Shown here: positions 39,229 through 48,594 of the stretch, in pieces
Layout of the letters: every line of letters begins with the position of its first letter
How positions within the stretch are numbered: position 1 is the stretch's first letter
Source of the DNA: Minisyncoccota bacterium
GTDB lineage: Bacteria > Patescibacteriota > Minisyncoccia > UBA6257 > GWB1-50-10
Length of the DNA: 64,000 bases
Assembly: GCA_035573955.1 (NCBI GenBank)
Contig: DATLZO010000019.1
Location: 161-64,160, forward strand
Direction: 5' to 3'
Position numbers and translations under genes: made by a program
The notes under the pieces: model-generated
Databases searched by the model: none
Seen by the model: the letters and a program-made list of their open reading frames with translations, nothing else
What the model was told of the DNA's origin: nothing

Positions 39229-39269
39229 TAATAGAAGTATCAAAGGCCGGTTCAATAAAATTTTCCAAT

Positions 39270-39581
39270 ATGGCTAAGTGGGTCATAAAAAGAGGAGGTA
39301 AAAAAGAACCGTTTCGTCTTTCCAAGGTTTCCGGTGCGGTGAGAGCCGCCTGTAGCGATGTGCGCCTCCCTGCGAAGCGGACGAAGACTGTGGTGAACAA
39401 AGTGACTCGAGATGTCATAAAGTTCGCCGCAAAGCGGAAAATAACTGTAAGAACATCCGATCTGCGCAAGATTTCTCTGAAGGCGCTCGGCGAGATAGAA
39501 CCAAAAGCGGCGAGAGCTTGGAGAAAATACGATGCCGCAAGGCGCGCAAAACGCGCGAAAGCGAAAAGAAGGAGAACTTAA
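39270..39581 (+). CDS. Stand-alone ATP-cone domain protein, very basic
   Basis: VIKRGGKKEPF...KV..AV..A pattern. Confidence 0.75.
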   Translation: MAKWVIKRGGKKEPFRLSKVSGAVRAACSDVRLPAKRTKTVVNKVTRDVIKFAAKRKITVRTSDLRKISLKALGEIEPKAARAWRKYDAARRAKRAKAKRRRT

Positions 39582-39714
39582 TCCCTCGCCGCACCCGCTC
39601 CGCCGGATTTGCGGGGCGGGATTTTGCTTGCAAATTAGGCGAGGTTAGTACAATATGAAATCTCGCTATTTGAAAACAGAATAAACAGAACACTGTACAC
39701 GAAAGGATGGAAAC

Positions 39715-40191
39715 ATGATGATTATCACGCCGCCCGATTTTGTCACAGATCGCAACGCCGCCGTTCTTTTCCTTGGCGGTCCGATACGGGAGACGCCCGA
39801 TTGGCGTGCGGAAGCGATCCGCATCATCTCAAAGAATAACGGCAGGGTTTATGTCGCTTCGCCTCAGCGGCCGGGCGGCATTTACCCAGATTTTGAGGGG
39901 AGTGAATGCGACGTTCAGACGAGGTGGGAAGTGCATCATCTTTTCCGCGCCTTGCGAAAAGGCGCTGTGCTCTTCTGGTTCCCGAAGAAGCAGCCGTATC
40001 TCCGCAATTCCGGACTCGAGCTTGGAGCATCGCTTGTCTCGGCCGGGAATGTGGTGGTCGGCATCGAAACGGGTTTCCCGGAAGAGTATCTTCGCGCTTT
40101 CATCCGTGAGAAGTCTCCGGATGTAAAGATCTGCAATGATTTCGAGGAAACGTGCCTTACGGCACTCGCACTAGCGGAAGCGGCTCTCTGA
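39715..40191 (+). CDS. Nucleoside 2-deoxyribosyltransferase-like protein
   Basis: LFLGGPI..PDWR, Q..WE...L, LFWFP, LELG. Confidence 0.75.
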   Translation: MMIITPPDFVTDRNAAVLFLGGPIRETPDWRAEAIRIISKNNGRVYVASPQRPGGIYPDFEGSECDVQTRWEVHHLFRALRKGAVLFWFPKKQPYLRNSGLELGASLVSAGNVVVGIETGFPEEYLRAFIREKSPDVKICNDFEETCLTALALAEAAL

Positions 40192-40225
40192 GCCGCTTCT
40201 TCATTTTTCAGTTATAATTTTGAAG

Positions 40226-40840
40226 ATGCTAAAAAAGCCGAAAATCTTTAACATCCCGGAATTCGAGGTATTTAAAAAGTTGAACACGCCGGCAAAAGTC
40301 CAGGATTTTATTGATAAGATTCCCGTAAATTTTTCCATAACCTGCCGGTCGCCGCTCTCGGTTTTACGGAAGAACCGGGCTTATTGTATCGAAGCGGCCT
40401 TTCTCGCGGCTGCCATTTTCTGGTACCACGGCCGGAGACCGCTCGTTTTTGTTCTTCAGACCGCAAAAAGAGATTTTGATCACGTCCTTGCGCTTTTTCG
40501 GGAAAACGGCCGCTGGGGGGCAATTTCCAAAACCAATCATCCGGTTTTACGTTATCGCGAGCCGGTTTATAAAAGCATTAGGGAACTCGCGATGTCATAT
40601 TTTCACGAGTATTTCATGGACGACGGAAAGAAGACGATGCGCGGTTATTCCGAACCGATTGATTTGCGGAAATTCGGCACGGATTGGATAGTCTCAAAAG
40701 AGGATATCTGGCGTCTGGACAGCGCGCTGGCAAAGGCCAAGTACCACAAAATTTTAGGGAGAAAACAAATTCCGCTCTTGCGGAATGCGGACAAAATTGA
40801 GATTAAGGCCACCAAGCTGGTCCAATGGAAGCGGACTTGA
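40226..40840 (+). CDS. Conserved hypothetical protein, possible transglutaminase-like fold
   Basis: CIEAA, DHVLALF, WGAISKTNH. Confidence 0.7.
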   Translation: MLKKPKIFNIPEFEVFKKLNTPAKVQDFIDKIPVNFSITCRSPLSVLRKNRAYCIEAAFLAAAIFWYHGRRPLVFVLQTAKRDFDHVLALFRENGRWGAISKTNHPVLRYREPVYKSIRELAMSYFHEYFMDDGKKTMRGYSEPIDLRKFGTDWIVSKEDIWRLDSALAKAKYHKILGRKQIPLLRNADKIEIKATKLVQWKRT

Positions 40841-41245
40841 CCGCGTCTGGAATGAAGTTCTAGAATTAAATCCGAGGCTGATTTCTTGCCTCGTGCATAA
40901 TGCACACACAATGGGTGGGAGGGGAGCCACGCGACAACGCAAGACCCACCAGTTCTGTGCGAGTGACTGGCGGCCAAGTGGGCCGGAATAATCCATAAGC
41001 CGGCCGGCAAAAATCTCGCACCACGTCTAGCTAGCGTACTGCCGAGTTTTTTCGAGCCGAAACGCGGATAGCGGAGCTTTCCGATTAGCTCCAAGTCGCG
41101 GCTATCCCGCCCTTCCCACCCCTAGCACCAAAGCCGCACCACACCAAGTGCGGCTTTGTCATTTGTTATCTTATTGACAAAAAATACCCAAATGTTACAT
41201 TTAAGTGGAGAAATGTGGTCGTATTTCTTTAAAGCAATCTAAGCC

Positions 41246-41446
41246 ATGACAGGGACAATCAAAACCCTTACGGATAGAGGATATGGATTCATCGCTCGCG
41301 AAGGCGAAACGAAGGATCTTTTCTTCCACTCCAAAGAGCTTGTTGGCGCGACTTTTGAGGAATTGAAGGTCGGCGACACCGTTACTTTCGAGGTTGTGGA
41401 TACCGACAAGGGTCCCGCCGCCACGAAGGTTTCGCTCGCGAAGTAA
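41246..41446 (+). CDS. Cold-shock protein
   Basis: RGYGFI, DLFFH, KGPAA; upstream TTGACA, downstream terminator. Confidence 0.94.
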   Translation: MTGTIKTLTDRGYGFIAREGETKDLFFHSKELVGATFEELKVGDTVTFEVVDTDKGPAATKVSLAK

Positions 41447-41460
41447 CATCGTCAACGAAC

Positions 41461-41490
41461 CAAAAACCCGCCGGAAAAGGCGGGTTTTTG
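41461..41490 (+). terminator. Rho-independent terminator
   Basis: AAAAACCCGCC-loop-GGCGGGTTTTT. Confidence 0.8.
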
Positions 41491-41612
41491 TGGTTTTCCA
41501 TATTCACAACCATTGTCATCCAAATGGATGCGGTGAGAGCGACGACGATAAATGGAACGATATTTTCGTCAAATATAAATTTCGTAATGGCTATTTGTTA
41601 TAATTAAAATTA

Positions 41613-42545
41613 ATGAATAACAAGATAACTGCCAAGGATTTTTTCTTCCATATTGCCGTTATCGTTCTTTTGTACGTCGGCACAGTTGCGCTTCTCAATA
41701 TTTTGTTCCGCGTTATCAACGTCGCTTTCCCGCAGGTTACGGATAGCGGTTATTACGACTCGAATTCCATCAGTCTTCCGGTCGCGACGCTCATCGTGGT
41801 TTTTCCGCTTTTTCTTTTTATCACCAATCTGCTCCGCAAGGGATATTCGGAGGAACCAAGTCGCAAGGAATATCCGGTGAGAAAGTGGCTAATCTATATC
41901 ACGCTTTTCATAGCCGGGGCGGTTCTTGCCGGCGACCTCGTTACGCTTATTTATTTCTTCCTCGACGGTCGGGAGCTCACAACTGGTTTTATTTTGAAGA
42001 TACTTTCAGTGTTTGTCGTCGCCGGTTCGATTTTTGGTTATTATGTAGATGATTTGAAAGATCGTCTTTCGGGGTCGCGTCGGAACTTCTGGCGAGTGTG
42101 GGCTACGGTTCTGGTTCTCGGTTCGATAATCGCGGGTTTTGGTGTGCTTGGGTCGCCCCGAAGTCAGCGCATGTTCCGCTACGATTCGCAGAAGATCTCG
42201 GATCTCCAAAATATCCAATGGCAGGTTGTAAACTACTATCAGCAAAAAGGAGTTTTACCCGATTCTCTTTTGGATTTGCAAGATCCGATTTCCGGCTTCA
42301 CGTTGCCGAAAGACCCCCAAACAAGAGGGGATTACGGCTATAGGAAAACCGGTACACTTTCTTTCGAACTCTGCGCCAATTTCAACAAGCCTGCGCAGGC
42401 AAATAACAACCCTTCCCGGATAGTTTATCCTGACGAAGTGGGCAAATTTGTTGGAGACAGCTGGCAGCACGAAGCCGGGCGTGAGTGCTTCTCACGCACC
42501 ATTGATCCAGATCTTTATCCAATAAGACCAAAGACGCAGTTTTAA
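41613..42545 (+). CDS. Membrane protein (DUF5671-like) with pilin-like C-terminal part
   Basis: Five TM segments, RKWLIYITLF, DLQNIQ..V..YY, DPQT..Y.Y. Confidence 0.7.
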   Translation: MNNKITAKDFFFHIAVIVLLYVGTVALLNILFRVINVAFPQVTDSGYYDSNSISLPVATLIVVFPLFLFITNLLRKGYSEEPSRKEYPVRKWLIYITLFIAGAVLAGDLVTLIYFFLDGRELTTGFILKILSVFVVAGSIFGYYVDDLKDRLSGSRRNFWRVWATVLVLGSIIAGFGVLGSPRSQRMFRYDSQKISDLQNIQWQVVNYYQQKGVLPDSLLDLQDPISGFTLPKDPQTRGDYGYRKTGTLSFELCANFNKPAQANNNPSRIVYPDEVGKFVGDSWQHEAGRECFSRTIDPDLYPIRPKTQF

Positions 42546-42719
42546 TCTGTTTTGTAAAGGAAATTTTTTCTGTCATTGAAAGTGCATGCCCCCGCGTGCT
42601 AAACCGGCACCGTTGTTTCCTTAATAAGTATCATTAATAAGAATAAGTATCATTAATAAGTATCATTAAATGCAAATAAATATCCCAATTCATAAGCTAT
42701 AGCTTATGAATTGGGATAA

Positions 42720-43481
42720 TTAGAGATAACCGATTTTTTTAAGCCATTCTATATTTTCCCATTCCCAAAGTTTCTTCGCGCCGAGGAATGCATCGAAGTC
42801 TTCTTGCCAGTAGGGGAATTCTTTGAGTTCTATCCTGCCCTCGAGCGGACCCCATTCGTGTTGGCAGACTTGCATGAAAGCGTTGCCCCACTGTGTTTTT
42901 ATCTTATCCCGACCGCCCTTAGAGCGGAGTATGGCGCTGCAATGGACGCAGAAACGGCTCTGGTCGATGCGCAAAATCCACCTCGTCTCCAGATTTTTCA
43001 CTTGTTCCTTCATTGCCGCGAGATAGGCCGAGGTCTGGAGATTATAGTCGCGGTAAATTTCCTGCGATGTTTTAATGTCCAAAATGCCGAGTTTGCCGTC
43101 GATGAGTGCGATTGCGTCCAATGTCCCGGCATAGCGGTGCTCGTAGTTTACGAGACGGTGCTCAACGTAGTTCGGGTCTACCTGGATGTTGCGGTCGACT
43201 AAAAATTCCAAGAATGCCTTAATAGAAGGGCGGATGCGCTCGGGTATTTCCGGTTTCTCACCAAGGAGGATTTTTTCTGCCGCTTCGTGGATCTGCGTAC
43301 CTTCGGTAGCAGAGTTCATTTTAATGCGTTCGCCGGCCGCAAAGTTTTCGACATTTGCGTAGAAGCGGTAGAGGGCCGGTTTGGACTTGATTTCCACGAT
43401 TTTCGTCACCCGCGGGTACCAAAATCCGTCTACTTCGTAGCCGCAGAGTGATTTGAAATGGTTTTCGTCGGAGTAGTACAT
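42720..43481 (-). CDS. PD-(D/E)XK nuclease-family protein
   Basis: PRVT, GTQIHE, E..L, YAGTLD, LDIKTS, Q..AY. Confidence 0.8.
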   Translation of the reverse strand: MYYSDENHFKSLCGYEVDGFWYPRVTKIVEIKSKPALYRFYANVENFAAGERIKMNSATEGTQIHEAAEKILLGEKPEIPERIRPSIKAFLEFLVDRNIQVDPNYVEHRLVNYEHRYAGTLDAIALIDGKLGILDIKTSQEIYRDYNLQTSAYLAAMKEQVKNLETRWILRIDQSRFCVHCSAILRSKGGRDKIKTQWGNAFMQVCQHEWGPLEGRIELKEFPYWQEDFDAFLGAKKLWEWENIEWLKKIGYL

Positions 43482-43490
43482 TACGATGGC

Positions 43491-44876
43491 TTATTTTATC
43501 AAGGAAGCCGTGTAGTTAACAATGTTTCCGGCACCCATCATTACAATAACAGGGGATAGGGTGTAGGATGTAGGATTTAGGGTTTTTTTAATAAATTTAC
43601 AAAGATTATTTGGGTTAGGTAGATAATAAATATTTTCTTTACCGCGATTCTTTATTTTTTTCGCTAAATCGGCGGAAGTATAGCCACGGTGGGTTTTGTC
43701 ACGGCCGGCGACTTGGTAAATAGGCAGCAAAATTAAATAGTCGGCTAAATCAAAAGCAGAGGTAAATTCCTTGAAAAGATTTTTCAGGCGGTGAGCTTGA
43801 TGCGGCTGGAAAACGCAAACTATATCCGACTCCGGGAATTTTTCGTGAAAGGCTTGAAGGGTCGCCTTGATCTCTGTCGGATGATGTGCATAGTCGTCAT
43901 ACACGGGGATTTTGAATTTTGAATTTTGAATTTTGAATTGCCCACGGTATTCCATCCGGCGCCAGGCGCCGCGATAGCCGCTTAATGCTTTTAATATTGT
44001 TTTTTCTTTGATACCGAGCGCGCGAGCGAGCGTATAAACAGCCAGGGCGTTCGAAACATTGTGCTGCCCCGTAATTTTTAAAACTTTTTTTATCCTCCGG
44101 AGAGGGGTGGTATATTTAAGTATGCCACCTCTATACCAAATCAGTCGGATGCTCTGTTTCTTGCAAATTTTTTGGATTCGGGATTTTAGACCAAAAAGAT
44201 TTTTATCGTCGCGGTTCGCTACTAAAATCCCGCCCGCTTTTATGTTTCCGATAAATTTCAAGAAAGATTTTTTTACATTTGCGAGATTCTTATAAACGTC
44301 CAAATGTTCCTTATCAATATTCGTGATTACAGCATAGGTGGGGGAGTAGTTATGGAAGGACATTTTAAATTCGTCAGCCTCGATTAAAAGCCAGTCACTT
44401 TTACCGTTCCGGAAGTTTGAGTCGCCGAATTCCTTGAGTAGTGTGCCGACGATGACCGTTGGGTCAAAACCGGCTCCGATCATAACAAGCGATGTGAGAG
44501 CGGTCGTGGTACTTTTGCCGTGGGCGCCAGCGATGGCGACGGTCTTGTAGTTTCGGGTGAGCGCTCCCAAAATCTGCGGATAGGTGAGTGTCGGGATGTT
44601 CCGCCGCCTTGCCTCCCTTAATTCTGGATTCGAGGCCGGAATAGCCTGGTTGTATACAACTAGAGCCGTTTTAGTCCCAATATTGGTTTTTTTGTGCCCA
44701 ATTTTGAACTTTAAGCCCTTTTTTTGCAGATTTCGTACTAAATCACTATCCTGCATATCTGACCCCGAAATAGCCCATTTTTGGGCCAAAAACCACTGTG
44801 CCAGTGCACTAATACCTATTCCACCCACTCCAATGAAGTGGACCAAGGGCTTATTTAAAGGGGAGAGGTCTTTCAT
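43491..44876 (-). CDS. murC: UDP-N-acetylmuramate-L-alanine ligase
   Basis: HFIGVGGIGIS, GAHGKSTTT, EADE, DDYAHHPTE, FQPH. Confidence 0.96.
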   Translation of the reverse strand: MKDLSPLNKPLVHFIGVGGIGISALAQWFLAQKWAISGSDMQDSDLVRNLQKKGLKFKIGHKKTNIGTKTALVVYNQAIPASNPELREARRRNIPTLTYPQILGALTRNYKTVAIAGAHGKSTTTALTSLVMIGAGFDPTVIVGTLLKEFGDSNFRNGKSDWLLIEADEFKMSFHNYSPTYAVITNIDKEHLDVYKNLANVKKSFLKFIGNIKAGGILVANRDDKNLFGLKSRIQKICKKQSIRLIWYRGGILKYTTPLRRIKKVLKITGQHNVSNALAVYTLARALGIKEKTILKALSGYRGAWRRMEYRGQFKIQNSKFKIPVYDDYAHHPTEIKATLQAFHEKFPESDIVCVFQPHQAHRLKNLFKEFTSAFDLADYLILLPIYQVAGRDKTHRGYTSADLAKKIKNRGKENIYYLPNPNNLCKFIKKTLNPTSYTLSPVIVMMGAGNIVNYTASLIK

Positions 44877-44931
44877 GGGGATTTAGCAAAATCTCTCGTG
44901 TCGTATAATATACCTTTTCTGTCATGATAAT

Positions 44932-45429
44932 TTATAAAAGCCATTTCCACGGTTTCCTCCTACTTTTATATTTTTCCATTTCCGACTTTATTTTCTGTAA
45001 TTTCTTTAAGTCAGTATCATTCCAGTTCACCTTAGAGAATTTTTTCTCTCCTGGAATTCTTGTTTGTCTGTTTCTTTGTAGGATGTTTAGAGCCTCTTTC
45101 CATAATACATAGTCGTATTTCTTTTTAGCTCTTAAAACGTGGTTATCAAAAAATGGTACTACTTTCTCTACGAGATCGTTCAAGTTATTTATCTGGAGCC
45201 TCGCTTGACCGTTTCTATTGAAAATGATGCCGCAGCTTAAGGTTTGTTTGATATTTTCTAGTATTTCTTTGTCATCATCACGCAACACTATAGCAAATCC
45301 TATTTTCCAATAAAAATAGACCGGCTTATTTTTCCTGTCGTGTCTAACATCGCGTCTGAAATTTATATAAAAACAACCCTCGCCGTCTACAAAGCCGGCA
45401 ATGTAATCACCAGGTAATTTTTCTCCCAC
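44932..45429 (-). CDS. Free-standing LAGLIDADG homing endonuclease
   Basis: YIAGFVDGEGCF, VVPFF..H.L..KK..DY..W. Confidence 0.9.
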   Translation of the reverse strand: MGEKLPGDYIAGFVDGEGCFYINFRRDVRHDRKNKPVYFYWKIGFAIVLRDDDKEILENIKQTLSCGIIFNRNGQARLQINNLNDLVEKVVPFFDNHVLRAKKKYDYVLWKEALNILQRNRQTRIPGEKKFSKVNWNDTDLKKLQKIKSEMEKYKSRRKPWKWLL

Positions 45430-45484
45430 CCCTTTAATTATAATTTGTGTCGCACAATAAGAACAGCCAACTTATACACAGGGG

Positions 45485-45757
45485 CTATTTCTGCACCAAT
45501 TCTATAATCCATTTAATTATTCCGACGAAGAAATTTAGCAATGAAAGCAAGACGTTACCCAACCAGGATACAATGACCCTTAAATTCACTCCAAAGCGGT
45601 CGTAGACCCAGTTATTTATCGTATTCCAGGCTTCGCTGAAGCCGCTTAAGACGTCTTGCGGAAAGAGAAAGTTCAGGACTTTTCCAATATCAATCCCCTG
45701 TCCGTAAGCTAAAATCGGCAAGGAGAAGATTATTGAGGTTATTACTAAGATTTTCAT
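45485..45757 (-). CDS. Hypothetical membrane protein
   Basis: Signal peptide-like start and hydrophobic C-terminus. Confidence 0.65.
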   Translation of the reverse strand: MKILVITSIIFSLPILAYGQGIDIGKVLNFLFPQDVLSGFSEAWNTINNWVYDRFGVNLRVIVSWLGNVLLSLLNFFVGIIKWIIELVQK

Positions 45758-45770
45758 AAATAATAATTAA

Positions 45771-47102
45771 TTATCTGGCGGTTGCGCTTATAGCTCCCGG
45801 CGGGAAATTCGGCAAATAATCCCTTGGGTTAATTGTAACACCGACCGGAACAAGGCCCGCTGCCGGCGCAATGGATTTTAAGCTCACCGAAGGCGTCCAC
45901 AGAAGCGTGAGATGTAAATGAGCACCGTAAGAATAGCCGGTGTCGCCGGAGTAGCCAATAACGTCGCCTTTTGTAATCTGCTGGCCTTTTTGGACTACTT
46001 GGCGTGAGAGATGTGCGTACAAACTTGTTAAGCCGTTATCGTGCTGAATTAAGACATATTTGCCATATTGGTATTTAAACCAACGTGAAGTGCCGCGGTC
46101 GTTGTTGTCCACCGCTATGACCGTGCCGTTCTCAACCGCCATAATCGGTGTGCCGACAGGCGCCCGGAAATCAACGCCATTGTGGGTTTTGCTCCGATAA
46201 GCTCTTTCAGCGAATTTTGTCGGTCCATAATCCTGCGTCATGTGAGGGTTTTCAACCGGAAAGCCGATGACGCCAGGGCGTTTCACGGGTAATAAACTTG
46301 GGTCAAAGGACTTGCGGAGTTGATCCTCGTATTCCTCGATGATTTTGCTTATTTCCTCTTGCTTCTTATCGAGCTCGGCGAGCTGCTCCTGATACAATTT
46401 TTCCTGGTTCTTCGTTTGGGCAAGAATGGTGTTCTTAGTTGCTTTTTGTGCTTGGACGATCTGTTGACGGTTCACCAAACTTGCCTGCTCTCGTTCTTTC
46501 TGCCTTTGTTTAAGTTGTTCCTCACTCAGTTTTTCGACGAGGTCCACTTGGTACTTGCGGAGCTCCTCAGCGCTTGCAACAAGGTCGCTGTTTAAAGTAG
46601 CAATGGATTGAGCCTCGGAGACGCTTTCGGCCAAACTCTGGTTTTTCAGGAGTATCATCAGAAAGTTTTCCCGGTCTTTTTGTTGGAGTTTGACCATAAG
46701 CTTGCCGATTGTCGTCTTTTTATTATCGATGCTCTTTTCAATACTTCGGATGTTCCCGTTCAGGGATTTTATTTCCAAGTCGAGTTTTTCTAATGCTACT
46801 CTGTTCGCTTTGATGGAGAGATTCAATTGGCTGATGTTGTAGTCAATGATCTTCAGCTCTTTTTGGAGAGAACTTTTCAGAGAGCCTGTTTGCTCCAGTT
46901 GTTCCTCGATCTTGGCCCTCTCTTCCAAGAGTTGTTTGAGTTCAGCGCTTTTCGCATCTATCTGGGAACGAAGACTTTCTGCTTCCGACGCTTCGTTTGT
47001 AGCACTCCCCTCTTCTACTGTTGTCTGCGAAAGAACCGGCGCCATTGAAATAATGCCGAGGACAATAAACGTTACAAGCAATATATCGCGGAAAAACCTC
47101 AT
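45771..47102 (-). CDS. M23 peptidase with long coiled coil (EnvC/CwlO-like)
   Basis: HNGVD, YAHL, HLH; signal peptide. Confidence 0.9.
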   Translation of the reverse strand: MRFFRDILLVTFIVLGIISMAPVLSQTTVEEGSATNEASEAESLRSQIDAKSAELKQLLEERAKIEEQLEQTGSLKSSLQKELKIIDYNISQLNLSIKANRVALEKLDLEIKSLNGNIRSIEKSIDNKKTTIGKLMVKLQQKDRENFLMILLKNQSLAESVSEAQSIATLNSDLVASAEELRKYQVDLVEKLSEEQLKQRQKEREQASLVNRQQIVQAQKATKNTILAQTKNQEKLYQEQLAELDKKQEEISKIIEEYEDQLRKSFDPSLLPVKRPGVIGFPVENPHMTQDYGPTKFAERAYRSKTHNGVDFRAPVGTPIMAVENGTVIAVDNNDRGTSRWFKYQYGKYVLIQHDNGLTSLYAHLSRQVVQKGQQITKGDVIGYSGDTGYSYGAHLHLTLLWTPSVSLKSIAPAAGLVPVGVTINPRDYLPNFPPGAISATAR

Positions 47103-48511
47103 TTTTCGAGTTTTTTGATGGCTTTGTCGAGTCTTTTAACGGTTTCGGTCCGGCCGAGGATTTTCAATATTTCCAATGGTCCTGGACTTGCCTCTCTTCC
47201 GGAAAGAGCGACCCGGAGCGGCCACAGAACCTCGCCTCTACCTTCTCTTTCGGCAAGCGCCATTATTTCTGACGCGGGATATGAATTATCATTAACGAGT
47301 TCGCGAACGGTTTTCAAGTTGGCCAGAATCCTTTCTGGAGGTGTTTCTTTCCAAATAAGGAATTTTGCGTCGTATTCCGGAAGTTCGAAGAAAAAATCAG
47401 CCAGATTTTTGAAATCTTTCAAATTTTTCGCTCTTTCCTTTTCAGTTTCGAGCACCGCCAGAAGGAGTTTTTCATTTTTGAACCATGTTTTGGGTATAAA
47501 GGGTTTTGCGCGCTCGAGCAATTCTTCAGTTTTCATTGCTTTGATGTAATGAGCATTCAGCCAGTTCAGTTTTTCTTCGTTGAAGACGGCGCCGCCTTTC
47601 TGCACCCGTTCCAAGGTGAATTCTTCGACCATTTCTTCGCGGCTTACCACTTCCCTGTCTTCCTGCGGGTGCCAGCCGAGAAGAACGAGAAAATTCAGCA
47701 TTGCTTCGGAGAGGTATCCTTCCTTCCTGTAATCGTTTAAGGACGTTTCCAGTTTCCGTTTGGAAAGTTTTTTCCGGCCGGTGTCTAAAATTAACGGCAA
47801 GTGCGCGAAGTGAGGTCCTTCGAAACCTAGTGCTTCTTGGATGACGATCTGCTTAGGAGTGTTCGCGATATGGTCCTCGCCCCGGATCACGTGGCTTATG
47901 TTTGTAAGGACGTCGTCCACTGCCGCCGCAAAATTATAGAGGGGTTCTCTTAATCCCTTCGCTATTACCACATCGCCCACTAGGGTCATATCAAACTCTA
48001 TTCTGCCTTTCACGACATCAGTGAATGAGATTTTTTTCTCTGGCATGCGGATGCGAATGACGGCTTTTTCACCGTTTTCTACTCTCAAAGCCGCTTTCTC
48101 CGGCGGTAGATGACGGCATCGGCCTCCATATTTCGGAGCAATGCCCTGAGAAAGCTGCATCTGTCTTTCTGCTTCGAGTTCTTCGTGCGAGCAGAAACAC
48201 CAATACGCCTTCTTTTCGTCGAGTAGCTTTTGCAGGTTTTCGGCGTAAATTTCCAAACGTTCACTCTGGCGGATCGGTTTTTCGTCGGGTTTGAGCTCAA
48301 GCCATTCAAGACCTTCTAAAATGTCCTTTTCAAACTCCTTCTTGGAGCGTTCTTTGTCGGTGTCCTCTATCCGCAGGAGGAATTTTCCGCCTTCATGTTT
48401 CGCAAAAAGCCAGTTGAAAAGTGCCGCTCGGGCGTTGCCCAGATGAAGCGGACCTGTTGGTGACGGCGCAAAACGCACTCTTATTGGCTTTTTCTTGGGA
48501 TCCGGTGTCAT
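47099..48511 (-). CDS. gltX: Glutamate-tRNA ligase
   Basis: RFAPSPTG, HLGN, RIEDTD, KLSKR. Confidence 0.96.
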   Translation of the reverse strand: MTPDPKKKPIRVRFAPSPTGPLHLGNARAALFNWLFAKHEGGKFLLRIEDTDKERSKKEFEKDILEGLEWLELKPDEKPIRQSERLEIYAENLQKLLDEKKAYWCFCSHEELEAERQMQLSQGIAPKYGGRCRHLPPEKAALRVENGEKAVIRIRMPEKKISFTDVVKGRIEFDMTLVGDVVIAKGLREPLYNFAAAVDDVLTNISHVIRGEDHIANTPKQIVIQEALGFEGPHFAHLPLILDTGRKKLSKRKLETSLNDYRKEGYLSEAMLNFLVLLGWHPQEDREVVSREEMVEEFTLERVQKGGAVFNEEKLNWLNAHYIKAMKTEELLERAKPFIPKTWFKNEKLLLAVLETEKERAKNLKDFKNLADFFFELPEYDAKFLIWKETPPERILANLKTVRELVNDNSYPASEIMALAEREGRGEVLWPLRVALSGREASPGPLEILKILGRTETVKRLDKAIKKLEK

Positions 48512-48542
48512 TATTTCAATTATGACACAAAACACCAATAAG

Positions 48543-48594
48543 GGGAGGTTTAAATTCCCAAATGTTGACGGCAATATTAGGAGGTCAAACCTCC
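48543..48594. repeat. REP-like doublet overlapping murG stop
   Basis: GGAGGTTTAAATTCC-TTGACGGCAA-GGAGGTCAAACCTCC. Confidence 0.7.

Noticed and set aside
39081-39269. N-terminal extension of the ATP-cone ORF
   Set aside because: Overlaps RNase P RNA and its terminator; the likely start is 39270
40890-40918. dif-like site (GTGCATAATGCACA)
   Set aside because: Only the left arm resembles dif; there is no TTATGTTAAAT-like XerD arm
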